Origin: Craspedostauros australis | Taxonomy: Eukaryota | NCBI GenBank assembly: GCA_030167865.1 | Contig: JALAGF010001637.1 | Span: forward strand, 54,048-74,047 | Reading direction: 5' to 3' | Length of the DNA: 20,000 nucleotides | Shown here: positions 1-11,386 of the stretch, piece by piece | Layout of the letters: each line of letters starts with the position of its first letter | Position numbering within the stretch: the first letter of the stretch is position 1 | Position numbers and translations under genes: made by a program | Notes under the pieces: generated by a model | The model's input: the letters and a program-made list of their open reading frames with translations, nothing else | Told to the model about the DNA's origin: nothing | The model's database searches: none

Positions 1-2373
1 GAAACGCGCTTGCGCCCACTCGTGCAAGCACTGAATCAACATGGCTGGAACGAGCAGCACACGCAACCGATTCCATTGCTGGCCAATGAACGATGCGGAT
101 CCTGGTACACGTACCCGTTCCACTTGGATGCACTGCAATCGCTGTCAAGCTGCTACTTCAAGAGCACGGATGGCCATGCGCGCATGTGGCACGTCAGCTT
201 GAAGCGCCTCAATCTCCGATTGATTGAGTTGTTGTCACAGCAGCAGCAGCAGCAACAGGCGGGCAGCGACGCATGGCAACCAGGCGTCATTCTTGTGGAT
301 GCCTCCGTCCGCAAGGTGCTTCCAGACAGCATGTCCAAAACCATACCAATCTGGGCCGCCGTGATCAATGCCTTGGTGCTGCGATATCGCGGCGAGGGAA
401 TCGGAGGGAGATCGTATGATGCACAGCCATCTCATGAGTCTGCGCCATGGGATACGTCGTTGCACGTGCCCGCGCATGCTGTTGCGGAAGAGGAACGATG
501 CGCCATCGGGAACTTGCTGGATCAACGCGTGGAGGAAATGTACACGTCAGGTGTCATCATCGACCGCGAATGGCTTGTCCGATCAATGCGCAAGCCGTTG
601 CGATGCGTTTGGCTTCCGCCTGACATTTCGGGAGATGGCATTTCCACTTTCCTGCAAGAAGAGGCGTGCAGAAGCAATCGCAATGCCGATACCAGTGGCG
701 ATAGCCATGCCAACAGCTTCCGATCATTCCAAGCACATCTCAACGAGCTGCGGCGTCGATACTACGTTCTGCTGTGTATCAACGCATCAGATCGTAACGA
801 CAGACACCGATGGCTGAATTTGGATGATCCCCACGTTGGGCAGAAATTCGTTTACTTGCCAGGATCGGCCGACGATCATGAATCCTGGTCAAGCAGCCCG
901 CACTTCTCGCCCAACTTGTTTTGGGCCAACAAGGTGGAGCTGCTGTCCCTGCGTGGGAGCAGGGACGACGACAACGGCGACCTCGATACAAGTCAAAGAG
1001 CTGTCGGTGGCAGCAAGCAACAAGCAGGCGCTACTCGCAACGACAACAGCAACGTGACTCATGCACCACTGCAGAGCCAAAATCAGACTGGCAACACAGA
1101 AGGCATCGACGACAACAGCACTCGGAATGGAACACATGACGATCAGACCGAGCAACGCTTGCAACGTCTCATACAGACTTATCTGCGACGGAGACAGTCG
1201 GGCAGCGCAGAATTCGATTCCAATATGGCCAGAGGCTCATCAGCATCGGGCTGGAATGCTGTTGGCAAAACGAGACTGGCGATCGGTTCACGTCGAGCTG
1301 GACGGCCACCGGAGTGTTGGAATCAATTCTCAGCCATCCTCAATGTCACAACCACAGAATATGAAGGTATTCATGATTCCCACAATAACGACAATCGTCA
1401 GAGTAAGGGAAGCAGCGGGAGCGAGAATGGCGCGGATCGCAAAGCTCAGGCTTCAACAGAACCACCAGCAGAATCATCATCACCATCGGCGCTGACAACG
1501 AAACCAGAAATCGCAGCGGCAAAACGTGAGCAAAACGAAACCGTATCACGGTACTATTTGCAGCTGCTAGTCGAAGAAGGTAAACGAGACAAGATGGGAC
1601 TCGAGAAGTGGCTCACCGTCGGAATCGTCTTCTGCGTGACACATCTCCTGTCTCTCGCGCATCAGCAAAGAGCACAGGTGCGACCGCTCTCTGATGCACC
1701 AATCGTCCTCATCCATTGCGCACAAGGCAAGGATCGGTCCGTGGCTGTGGCGATGGCGGTCGTTCTCATCTTTGCCAAGCTCGACTCGTTTCCATTGCGA
1801 TGGGATTGGGAGCTCATGGAGTTGGTAGCAAGGAATTGGATTGGCAATCGAGATGTCAATGTCGCCGTGACTGACCAAGCCGCGGCAAATGCAGACGGCA
1901 ACGCGGTCGATGATCTGGCAGAGTGCGATGGGTGCGATCCCCAATCGCGCTCGGGCCTTTCCGCAGATTTCGTGGAGCGATTGAAAGGACATGAAGGCCG
2001 AGACTTGCTGCTCGATTGGGTATCAGTGGCCCGTCGTCATCGTCATCGTCTTCACCACCGCCACCATCAGCTCTCAGCTCCATCACGGCCATTTCAATTG
2101 CATTCCGAAGTAACACACAAGGCAGGAATAATTGAGGATTCAGCCCCCGCCTCCGCCGCTATCAAATCCATTCCTTCCAATTCCGAGTCTGGCGATGACG
2201 ACAAAGAAACACGTATCAACAGCGAAGATGCGCCGTTTGCTTCGAAGGAACATATCCGTGTCGTGTTGCATTGGATTCGGCAGGACCGCGAGCATGCGGA
2301 GCCCACGCGATCAACGCTCCAGAAACTGAACCGGTATTTCCTGAGTCGCAGCCATGAAGACTCTAGAGAGTAA
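1..2373 (+). CDS. RIT1: Initiator tRNA A64-2'-O-ribosylphosphate transferase (Rit1-like), 5'-truncated by the window edge
   Basis: The frame is open from base 1 (GAA ACG CGC TTG...) to TAA at 2371-2373. Rit1 family motifs: PLLANERCGSWY, CYFKSTDGH, SLKRLNL, ILVDAS.RK.LPDSMSKTIPIWAAVIN, GSADDHESWS. C-terminal DUSP-like part: HCAQGKDRSV and PTRSTLQKLNRYF. Long low-complexity inserts are present. Confidence 0.9.
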   Translation, partial: ETRLRPLVQALNQHGWNEQHTQPIPLLANERCGSWYTYPFHLDALQSLSSCYFKSTDGHARMWHVSLKRLNLRLIELLSQQQQQQQAGSDAWQPGVILVDASVRKVLPDSMSKTIPIWAAVINALVLRYRGEGIGGRSYDAQPSHESAPWDTSLHVPAHAVAEEERCAIGNLLDQRVEEMYTSGVIIDREWLVRSMRKPLRCVWLPPDISGDGISTFLQEEACRSNRNADTSGDSHANSFRSFQAHLNELRRRYYVLLCINASDRNDRHRWLNLDDPHVGQKFVYLPGSADDHESWSSSPHFSPNLFWANKVELLSLRGSRDDDNGDLDTSQRAVGGSKQQAGATRNDNSNVTHAPLQSQNQTGNTEGIDDNSTRNGTHDDQTEQRLQRLIQTYLRRRQSGSAEFDSNMARGSSASGWNAVGKTRLAIGSRRAGRPPECWNQFSAILNVTTTEYEGIHDSHNNDNRQSKGSSGSENGADRKAQASTEPPAESSSPSALTTKPEIAAAKREQNETVSRYYLQLLVEEGKRDKMGLEKWLTVGIVFCVTHLLSLAHQQRAQVRPLSDAPIVLIHCAQGKDRSVAVAMAVVLIFAKLDSFPLRWDWELMELVARNWIGNRDVNVAVTDQAAANADGNAVDDLAECDGCDPQSRSGLSADFVERLKGHEGRDLLLDWVSVARRHRHRLHHRHHQLSAPSRPFQLHSEVTHKAGIIEDSAPASAAIKSIPSNSESGDDDKETRINSEDAPFASKEHIRVVLHWIRQDREHAEPTRSTLQKLNRYFLSRSHEDSRE

Positions 2374-2619
2374 GAACTATGGTACGAGTACAAGCAATGA
2401 GAGAATTGTGTACTATTCGACATTGTTCAAACTGCATTCATTGGTCGACGTTGGAGTGCATGCATGCCGTATTAACCTGCTCTGAAGGTTGTGGCGAGAC
2501 AGAAAGTCGTATCCCAGCAAGCACACACACTCCACCCAATGAGGCCTGGCATCATGCCAGTGCGAGAGTGTCCTCGCGAATTAAAAATCACCGCCCAAGT
2601 GTTTGTCTCATTGTGTTGA

Positions 2620-4008
2620 TTATGGTGCTTCCGATTGCAACGCGGTTCGTTCGATCATGCGCAGCAAAGGGCCTCGAGGGTCGTACGGGCTCAAGCAATC
2701 ATCGCCGCACGGCAGCTCTATCCGTTGCATTGCAGTGTCTGGATTGTACGGGCTACCAGCGCCATGCAACAGCCGCTTTGTGTTCTCGACCCCGAAGTGT
2801 TCCACGAATCCCTGGATCCAAGATCGTGCTTCATCACCGCAGGGAGGTCCTGGATTTTTTATGGATCTGTTGCCGGCGTCGTGCCACTTATCAGTCCTGT
2901 TTTCCATCTTGTCACGCCGGTCGTTCCGATTCAGAAAGCTCTCGTAGGATCCGATGTAGTGGTTGATTCGGAGGATATCGTGTTGCTGTCCCCATGCACT
3001 CGGACATTGATCCAGCAAGAGCTGATGGGTGGATATCTTCCGCTTCGCAAAGTGCAGCCTGGACACATCCCCGATCGCCTTGCCGAAGTACTTCTGCCCT
3101 TCAGTGTGCCGAAATCGAAGCGTCTGAAATCGATACGGGTCCAGGAAGTCGGGGACTCCGCGACGGACATGTTCATCCGGACTTTCCATGGGGCTGTACT
3201 GCAGGCGCAGCAAGGTCACGCACTTGCCTTCGAACTGGCTTTCCCCTCCCATGGCTTGACGCTGTTGGATGAGCTGCAAGAGGTTGAAGACGCTGCCCGG
3301 CTGTGACAGCCTCTGCGATACGTTGGCCACCTCGTCACTTCTGAAGACGATGAATTCATCCGTGTCGATGAACATGGTCCACGTGCGGTTGTTCTCTTGA
3401 AGGTGCATCGCGCAACCGCGATAGAACTCCGCCTGGTTCCTCAGATGGACGGTGTAGTCCCGCGTGCCACGTTGCTCCGGATCCGCCGTTCGCAGCACAG
3501 CCCGTTCCAGGGCCTGGATCCGTAGCAGCTGATTCTTGTCCGCAATGAATTGCGTCTGATTTTGCCACACCTTGATCTCCATGAGTCCCTCCCACCGTCT
3601 CACGATGGGTTCGAGGTGCTGAGTGCTCTTTGGATCTCGGAAGATGATGAGGGTCCGCAGTGAGAAGGTGTAGTACTGGTACGCAATCCATTCAACCAGT
3701 CGTTGGGAGTCATCCATCCAGATGAGACATGCCGACGACGCGTTGCGCGCATCAATGTCCAGGGAAGGCGGCGGCTGGATCGGGACGTGGATCGTGGTGG
3801 AGTCACTCATGTCATGCCCGTTGGCATCAATTGATGCGCTTCCATGGTGGGCCTCGGTGGTAAAGTACGCATTCCTTGAGTTGCCGCTTCGGAGATCGAT
3901 GGATCGAATGGGCGACCGCAGGATTGACAGCACGCTGATGACCAACAGAGACGCAACTGCAATGATCGCTTTGTTGTTCCTCTTTGGAAGCGTCGTTGCC
4001 GATTCCAT
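2620..4008 (-). CDS. Glycosyltransferase family 92 / DUF23-like (GT-A fold) type II membrane protein, ~462 aa
   Basis: First ATG is at 4008 (the ORF track starts at a TTG, 4038); stop is TAA. A basic N-terminus and single TM (AIIAVASLLVISVLSIL) are followed by SACLIWMDDSQRLVEWIAYQYY, the DxD motif WTMFIDTDEF, GKAIGD and LRINHYIGS, typical of GT92-like proteins. Confidence 0.75.
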   Translation of the reverse strand: MESATTLPKRNNKAIIAVASLLVISVLSILRSPIRSIDLRSGNSRNAYFTTEAHHGSASIDANGHDMSDSTTIHVPIQPPPSLDIDARNASSACLIWMDDSQRLVEWIAYQYYTFSLRTLIIFRDPKSTQHLEPIVRRWEGLMEIKVWQNQTQFIADKNQLLRIQALERAVLRTADPEQRGTRDYTVHLRNQAEFYRGCAMHLQENNRTWTMFIDTDEFIVFRSDEVANVSQRLSQPGSVFNLLQLIQQRQAMGGESQFEGKCVTLLRLQYSPMESPDEHVRRGVPDFLDPYRFQTLRFRHTEGQKYFGKAIGDVSRLHFAKRKISTHQLLLDQCPSAWGQQHDILRINHYIGSYESFLNRNDRRDKMENRTDKWHDAGNRSIKNPGPPCGDEARSWIQGFVEHFGVENTKRLLHGAGSPYNPDTAMQRIELPCGDDCLSPYDPRGPLLRMIERTALQSEAP

Positions 4009-4816
4009 TGCTGCTGGTTTCGGATGTGACTCGTGCAATTCCCTGCTTTCGTTTACTATGGGTATGAAGGCGCAATCGTCAGCAGCCTACTAATAGTACG
4101 ACTACATGCTGTACCAGTGTCGTCGGAAGTATCGTGCTCGTTCGGTGTGTTTGGCGGTGCGCATTTAGTACAGCGTATCGCGACAGGTTTTCCAATCCAA
4201 TCTCCCACGTCATACAAATCGTATTAATCAAAGTACTTGTTCGAGGTTGTACTCAGGAACAACTCCCGTTGACTCCAAACAGCTCCTACCAGAGAACACA
4301 ATGGCCAAGCCAACACATCTTCTGTGGCCCAGCGCACACTTTGACACATCGGAAGACGCGGCACCACATCATGCATCCCTGCTGTCAACATCGCACATCA
4401 ACCGCGCACAAAGGCTATTGCGGGTGCTGCGAAGGACTTTCGCAAATCCCAGTTATTTTATCATGTTATAGAATACTACCGAGACTTCTGGAGCCCCCAA
4501 ACTGGCTTTTCTCTGTTCTTCGCTGAGGAAACAGGCACCAATCTCGACGCATGCACAAAACGAGTACGTGTACTTGGCGAGTCCGGACAGATGGTACGGC
4601 TAGATTCGATGAGGACTTGTATGGTGGACGGTGAAAGGAAAGGAGATGCCCTAGATTCTTGGCGTTATCGGGACTGCTCCCGATGCTTTGCATGGCGATG
4701 CATCTCTGCGAGTAGAGAGTAATCTGCTTTCCATTGAGATGAATCGAGTCAAGTTGCGTTACGTTGCCGTTGTGAAGCACCGGCCAAAATCTATTGTACG
4801 TACAGCTGAGATCATC

Positions 4817-7800
4817 TCATGGCGCTGAGATGCTATCTGCTTCAGTTGCTGTCGTCTCCGTCTCATCTGTGCTGCTGTCGCCCTTCTTTGTCAGCGCGAC
4901 ATTCTTCGTCGACCCGCCAGCTGCGCCGACCTTTTCCAACACACCCAGGAAGGTCTCGCTGGCCCACGTGCTGTACCGCTTCTCCCCGCCGAATGACGGA
5001 CTCGCCATGTGGTTGGAGAGGAATGTGACGGTTTGCAGGGTGTACTGGAACAGCGGCTTGACACCCCCCTTGCGCCCGTACCGCAGATTCGTCTCGGCCA
5101 ACGCAGCCACGTCTTTCGTGAACTCCGTCAGCACCTTCCAATTGCTCTTCCTTTGCGTCAGGCTCGGCAGAACCTTGACGATTATCTGGCCGAGGATGGA
5201 GAAGGCATGCACTCTGGAGACGTCAGCGTCGAGGCTCGGTTGCTTGGAAACCATGAGCTGCAGGATCGTCACCCATTTTTCGTCCTCTACGTCCTCGGTC
5301 TCCGTTGACATGACGTGTCGTTGGAAGTATTCCCAGCCCACCTTGGATGCGTCGGGGTCGTCCGATTTGCAAACGCTGTAAAATGCAATGGCCACTCGGT
5401 ACCACAGCTCTTCATCTGGGACCAGCCGAGGAGGCGTCGCACCTCCGTTTTTCGTCACGTGCTGGATCTGATTGATTTTGACGGTATGCTTGTACGTCTT
5501 TTCTACGCATGCCATCGCTGGATTTGCGAGTGACACGTCCCCGCTATATGCGCCGTAGATGTATTTGAACAAAACCCGCTGGAGTGTGGTGCATGCCACG
5601 ACCGAAAGGGTCGGCTTTTCCTTGAGCAGCTTCGAGTACACTTTCAGGCTCCCGCCTTCTGCTTCCGATGGCACGGCGAATTCCACGGTTGACGCGATGC
5701 CGTCAAAGACGAGACCGCGGGCCGCCGTGTAGATGGCGAGCATGTCGAAGAGATCGCCGATGCATTTCCATTCATCCTGCGATTGGAACAGGAAGAATGA
5801 AGACCGCAGGATGATGGCGAGACCGCAGGCCATGCGGTCCGAGATGTATCCCATGAAGTCACCTCTGGGCAGAGTCGACATCTGAACCAACGACTTGCTC
5901 AGTTCGGGTCGGATCTGCGTGTTTGTGCGTCAAGACAATACCGATGGTGGCGGCGACGGCGACGACGATAATGTTGAGGGGAAGAAAAATAGTTGTCGTG
6001 ATACCAGTGTTGATGCGCAACGCAGCCAACACATGAATGCATGAATACGAAAAGCACGCAGTCGGGCAGGTGGTGTTTTTGTGAGGTGGAGTGCGAATAA
6101 GCATTGGATCATGTACCGCACTCGTTTAAGTACACTCAGATTGAGAGAGGGAGGGATACAGACAAAGACATTTGGTACACACCAGCTCTTTTCCAGCACA
6201 ACACACAACCACGAGCGCACATCCAGTTCCAGTCACACTGCTGGGAGCAACGATCACACAAACAACACATATCAAATAACAAACGACACACTGCAATACG
6301 TACATTTGCGTAAAGATGGATGCTCGATCTCAGCATTGTGACGATCATCCGCTCCACCAAAAATGGAAACGGTGGCTCCTCCTCATCCTTCATCTTGGAA
6401 AGGAAGGATTGAAACTTGACTAGGAACAGCGGGAACAGCTTGGAAGCTCGTTCGCGGTTGGCCAGCAACGCGCGGGTGGCGAGTTCCAGAGCGAACGCCC
6501 TGTGCTGCTCGAAGGTCGGGGTCCGCGTCGACGAAAAGTCGTCGATATTCTCCAGCAGTTTGGCGATGCTGTGCTTGACGATGGGGAAGCGCACCTTCGA
6601 TGTCAAAAGCATGAATTTATCGATCTCCGATCTCTCTGCGACCTGTAGCAGCGTGCGAGCGTTAGCGGCCAGCTCCGTCCGTTCCGATCCCATATCAATT
6701 TCCAAAATGGGCGGTTCAGCATCCAACTCATCTCCGTCTTCTCGCCTCCCGCGCTTTCCAAACAGAGGAAGACGGAACCACCCTTTACGATCAGCGGGGT
6801 TCTCCTCGTTTGAACCTCGGTAGTAGTCGTCCAGGATTCGTTGCGATTCGTCGGCGTACGGTGACAGGGGGAGCACGTTGCCGTCGCTGTCGGCAAAGTC
6901 ATCAAGGTCCGCCAATCCGGCAGGCAGAGCTCGCGCGTCACGCATCACGCACAGCACCTCGATGAGCGATGGCCAGGCCTCGCGGACTCGAGGGAAGAGC
7001 GCTCGCACTATTTTCAGGGCCATGTGGAGTGCCAGCAGCCCTCTGTAGGCAGCGCTTCCGGATATATCAGTCCGCTTGGGGTCGACGGATGTCATCTCCC
7101 TGGCCCTCAGGAGTGCCTGGGGGATGGGCGAGTCTGGATCCACGAGACTCATGGTTTCGTCGTCCTCTGGCGAGGGGTTGATGGGCGCGCCGCTTTCGAT
7201 GCCGGAGAATTCGAGGGAGATGCAACCGACGACGAAGTCTCTGCCATGGATGAGCAAGAAGTTGAGGATGTCGTTGAGGATCTTGTCCAGACCGAAGAAC
7301 GTGCTGATCTTGGCCATCTGCTCGAATCCCTTCAGCGTCTCCACGATGGTGCCATCATCCCACGACCGCACGAATGCACTGGAGAGCGCCTTCAGTGCTG
7401 GCTTGGCAATGGAAAGGAACATGTCCTTCTCGTGGACACCGGCCTGGTACATCGTCTTGCGGGCTTCGTCCACGGTCGTGAACAGCGGCGTGGCGACATT
7501 CTTTGCCAGCAGATCATCCCAGGCCGAACGGATGTCCTCGGCCGTGGTAGCGTCGGAGCTTTTGATGAACTCTCCGATCTCGCGCTGCAGCTGGATCTCC
7601 GTTTGCTTGATGTGCTCGTAGAGGGCCTTGAGCATGTCTCCCGGGAGATCTTCGCCATCGTTGATGCCGCGGTTGTTCCGGATGAATTGTTCGCAAGTCA
7701 TGCGGTTTTGGTCCTTGATGGTTGGGTTGTGGAGATCGGTGTTGAGCATGATCGTGGAGAAGGCCAAGACGAAGACGGCGTCGGAGCTCTTGAAGATGGA

Positions 7801-10053
7801 GCCTTCGCCTTGCTGGCGGTACAGTTCCTTGGAGAATGCCTCCATGAAACGGTCGATGCACTGCGCTTCGCCTGGCATCCTGAACTTGGAGAGGAAGAGA
7901 CGCAGGCACGATGCGAAATCTGTGTCCTTGGAGAAGTCGAAGAGCTGGACGAACTCCTCACGGACTTCGTGTTCGAAGGGGTAAGAGCTCGCTGGGCCGA
8001 TGCCGAGGTACTCGCCGATCTTGGCTTTGTCGAGGCCAGGCGCCGAGTACAGCATCTTCGCGACGCTGTGCGCAGTGTCATCGATGAGCTTGAATTCCTT
8101 GGCGATTTGAATCCACTCCTTGCTGGTGACGCGGTCGTTGAATTCCTTGGCGACCTTCGACCAGGCGTGCTTCTTCTGCTTGCGTTCGCGCAGCTCTTCT
8201 TCCGTGACTTGCTCGCCCGCCTCGTCCTCCATGGAATCTGAGTTTGAAAATGACTTGGACGAACGCGCGTTGCTGCAACGTCGGGCGATGGAATCGATGA
8301 TGGCCATGAGACCTTCGAGGGCGAGGATGTTGAGCACGTTGAGGGGGACTTCGGCTGCCGCGGCCGCCGCCTTGAGCGCGATGGCTTTGTTCTGCTGCTG
8401 GATGCCCGGCCGACCGAGGCCCCTCTCGACGGACCGGTCCATCTCCACCGTCAGATGCGTCTCGCCTGTGCAGAAGCCGGATGGTGCCGCCACGTTGCCC
8501 AAGGTCGCGCATATGCAGTCGTAGAGGTTGGTGCACTGGACGTCGCAGTCGTAGTTGAGGTAGATGTCCTTCATGAGCGCTGGTTCCTGGCAGAATTCCA
8601 GCAAACTCTCGAGCGCCACCTCGCGCTCCTCGAAGACGTCTGAATGCTCGGCGATTCTGAGATGGACGCTGGTGAGGAAGACCTCGAGTGGGACCTTGAT
8701 GTGATTGCGGATCGTTTGGAAGAGGTTGAAGATGACCCTGAGCGTGAGGTTGAGGATGACGAGGTCGTGCGTCGTGCTCCACTGCAGCAGGAACTTGCAG
8801 AGGTCGTTCTGCAGGATGGCCACCTCGTTGGGCGAGGGGTCGTCCCTCATGGTTTCCAGCGCGATGTTGACCAAGGACAGTGAGTTGACGGCGTAGGCAT
8901 CCGAATTTTGCTGCGGGTTGAGGAGGGACGCTAGCTTGGCCAAGATGGCCTCCCTGACCTTGCGCAATTCCGACTGGCAGAAGACGTGCAGGACCATCTG
9001 ACCGAGCGCGTCGGAGGCCGCGCTCTTGAGCAAGCCGCTGGCGTGCTTGGCGCGATGGGAGACGTGCAGACAGGTGTCCAGGAGGCCGACGACGAGAGCA
9101 GTTTCCAGCAAATGCGATGCGTAGCGCACCACCAACGCGGACAGCTCGAGCAATTTGAGCACGACCTGCTCATCCTCCCTCTCCTGCGTGCCCACGTTGA
9201 AGACGTTGCGCGTGACGCGGTCCTGATTTCCCGGCACCGTGTCGGACGCTCCGTTGGTCTCCTCGAAGGTGCACTGCAGCAGCGCATCCGCAATGGTGGC
9301 GTATGACTTTGGCGCGCTGGCGTTGTTGAAGAATCCGTAGAGGAGGAACTTGTGCAAGGCGTTGAGCGCGGCGCCCGTGATCCTCGCGCTGATATCCCTG
9401 CCGCGAATGGCGGCGCAGAATGGTTGCAGGTACATCCTCGGTTCCGGCTGCCTTTGGTGATGCAGCACGTCCCACTCCCCCAGCATCGAATGCAAGTCTC
9501 TGAGCTGCAGCAGCAGCGGATGATGTTCGTCGGTGGGCAGTTCCTCGACGAAGCGGAGAGGGGACACGTACCTGGCGTCGGCCCTCATGGCGTTGAGAAC
9601 GTTGTGAATCTCGCCCTTGATGACCTTGCACACGCTGGTTGGATGGATGAGGAGCGCTGGCGATGCTGTTTGCGGGAACGGCATGGGAGGGCTTGCTGAT
9701 TGAGGCATCGACGCACCGTGTGGCTTGCCGCGCGGACCCCGTCCGTTCATGTGCTTGCCGGATTGCGGATGGGGCCGATTCTGGCCGTGACCCCGGCCCT
9801 CGCCATTGCGACGTTGCTGGGGATGCTGCGGTCTCCTCTGCGCTCCGGGTTTGGCCTTCCCATCATGCGCGATGCCGTTGCCGTTGCCAGGGCCGCCCTG
9901 TCTCGGCATGGGCTTGCCGTCTGGATTGCCGTTCTGGCTGCGATACCTGGGGTTCGAGAGACGGTTGTTGTTGGCCGTTCCGTTGCTGATCGGCGGGCTG
10001 CTGTTGCCCGCAGGTCGTGTTGCGTTCATTGGAGCCATGTTTCCATTCCGCAT
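4817..10053 (-). CDS. GBF1: Large Sec7-domain ARF guanine-nucleotide exchange factor, GBF1/GNOM/Gea type; exons 10053-6304 and 5914-4817, ~1615 aa
   Basis: DCB region (YLQPFCAAIR...ITGAALNALHKFL), HUS box (YLNYDCD), Sec7 motif 1 with the glutamic finger (FRMPGEAQCIDR) and motif 2 (FSTIMLNTDLHN...FIRNNRGINDGEDLP), then HDS-type helical regions. A phase-0 splice AAT|GTACGT...CACGCAG|ATC joins the two ORFs in frame (IHLYAN/IRPELSKSL). Confidence 0.92.
5915..6303 (-). other. Spliceosomal GT-AG intron of GBF1 (389 nt, phase 0)
   Basis: Donor GTACGT at 6303, acceptor CAG ending at 5915, with a CTTGAC branch-like site ~15 nt upstream. Removal keeps the frame between the 1305-aa and 357-aa ORFs. Confidence 0.8.
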
Positions 10054-11004
10054 GGCTTCGGTTGGATTGTGCTGGGGTGCTTGTCACCCACCACCAGAGA
10101 GTTGTCCGCGTTTGTTGTGTGCTGCCTGTGTGCTTGCTGTGCTTGCTGAGTGCTTCCTGTGTTGATAGGTGAGAATGCAGAGCACCTATGGGAATCTGTG
10201 GTGCTGATACTGGTGCGACTATGGCGGAGTGGCGTGGCAAAGTTTGCTTGTTGAGGTTGCTCCGGTTGCGGTTCTGGGCACTTGTCTCTTGGAGAGCAGT
10301 GCTGTCGTGTGCCTTGTCTTCTCGTCTCGTCTCTTTTGGTTGATCGCTTTCCCTTGTGCTCTCTGAGGCATTCGCGCGCTGTTCCGATGCAATCCGTGCT
10401 CTTGCGAGTTGATTTCTAGATTCGGCGAGTTGAGGGGATGCCTGTGAATGTCTGTGAATGTTGCCGAGCAGAGAGTCGCCCTACGTATGGTCCGACTATC
10501 GATCTGGATCTGCCGTGTTATACCTACGAATTCGATGCCTTTCCTGCTTCGAATGTCCTTTGCACAGTGCGGATCGTAGTCCAGTTCGTTTGAGCTCGTG
10601 TGAACCTCGGGTCTGTTCTCGAAATGGATTCTTCCGCGATCGGTCTTTTGGCTCAGCCCCCTCTCGATCCAGTGTCTGTTGTGCGCGTCGGTCACTTTCC
10701 CTGCGTCGCTTTCTTGTCGTGGAGCGCGATTGTGGTGTTGCTATTCTCTCTCGACAGCACGCTCGATGTTGTTGTGCCGTGCGATGGTTGCGATTGGGAG
10801 TGAGCAGAAGCAAAGTGGATGTTGTGCAATGGACACACAAGGAGAATGTTGTTGTGCTTGCAGACTGGTTGCCATGCGCACAAGAGAAGAGTGATCTCTT
10901 GCTTCCCAATCTGTTTTCGACGACGCTTCGCGTTGTTGCCGTCGTCGTCGTTGCTAAACCGCGTGCAGTATCGCGCCACAACGAAGGGGGAAAAAATCTG
11001 TTTT

Positions 11005-11119
11005 TCGCCCACCGGAGTCTCAAATGACCCCTTGGTCCTTTTTGAGCCTGGCGGAGGCGACGTATCCAAACCACTTCGTTCCGCGGTGTGCAGAATCTGC
11101 ACGAAAACGAACGACAGTA
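11005..11119 (+). ncRNA. Candidate structured RNA with H/ACA-like layout (hairpin - ANANNA - hairpin - ACA)
   Basis: Two hairpins folded by eye, with AAACCA between them and ACA after the second. Pocket geometry is not fully canonical. Confidence 0.2.
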
Positions 11120-11386
11120 TCAACGAGAATGTCTTGATTCGTAATCATAAATGAAGCAAAGGAGGAAAATGCAGGAATTTCTCACAGATATCGTCCGTTC
11201 TGATGCATTTTCAGCACCTATTTTAGGCTGATTCTGCTCAAACGGACCAGACATTGTCTCCTTTTTGCGTCCACAACTGCCCAACATGTTGCATCTGCAT
11301 CCGACGGATCTGCAACATTCATGTTCTTGCTACCGCTTCAGAGTACAATCGTCGAGTTGCGCGTCTGCCTATCTCATTTACCTACT

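Noticed and set aside
5915-6303. Possible micro-exon within the GBF1 intron
   Set aside because: The AG...GT candidates checked near 6115-6140 either contain a stop or break the frame. A single intron already restores the frame.
7024-8241. 405-aa + strand ORF and other ORFs antisense to GBF1
   Set aside because: Same antisense shadow effect over the Sec7 domain.
10054-11386. Short ORFs (e.g. 10458-11027, 10496-11074) in the GBF1-SEC63 spacer
   Set aside because: Mutually overlapping, compositionally biased (C/R/T/V-rich) and lacking the codon bias or motifs of the real genes.
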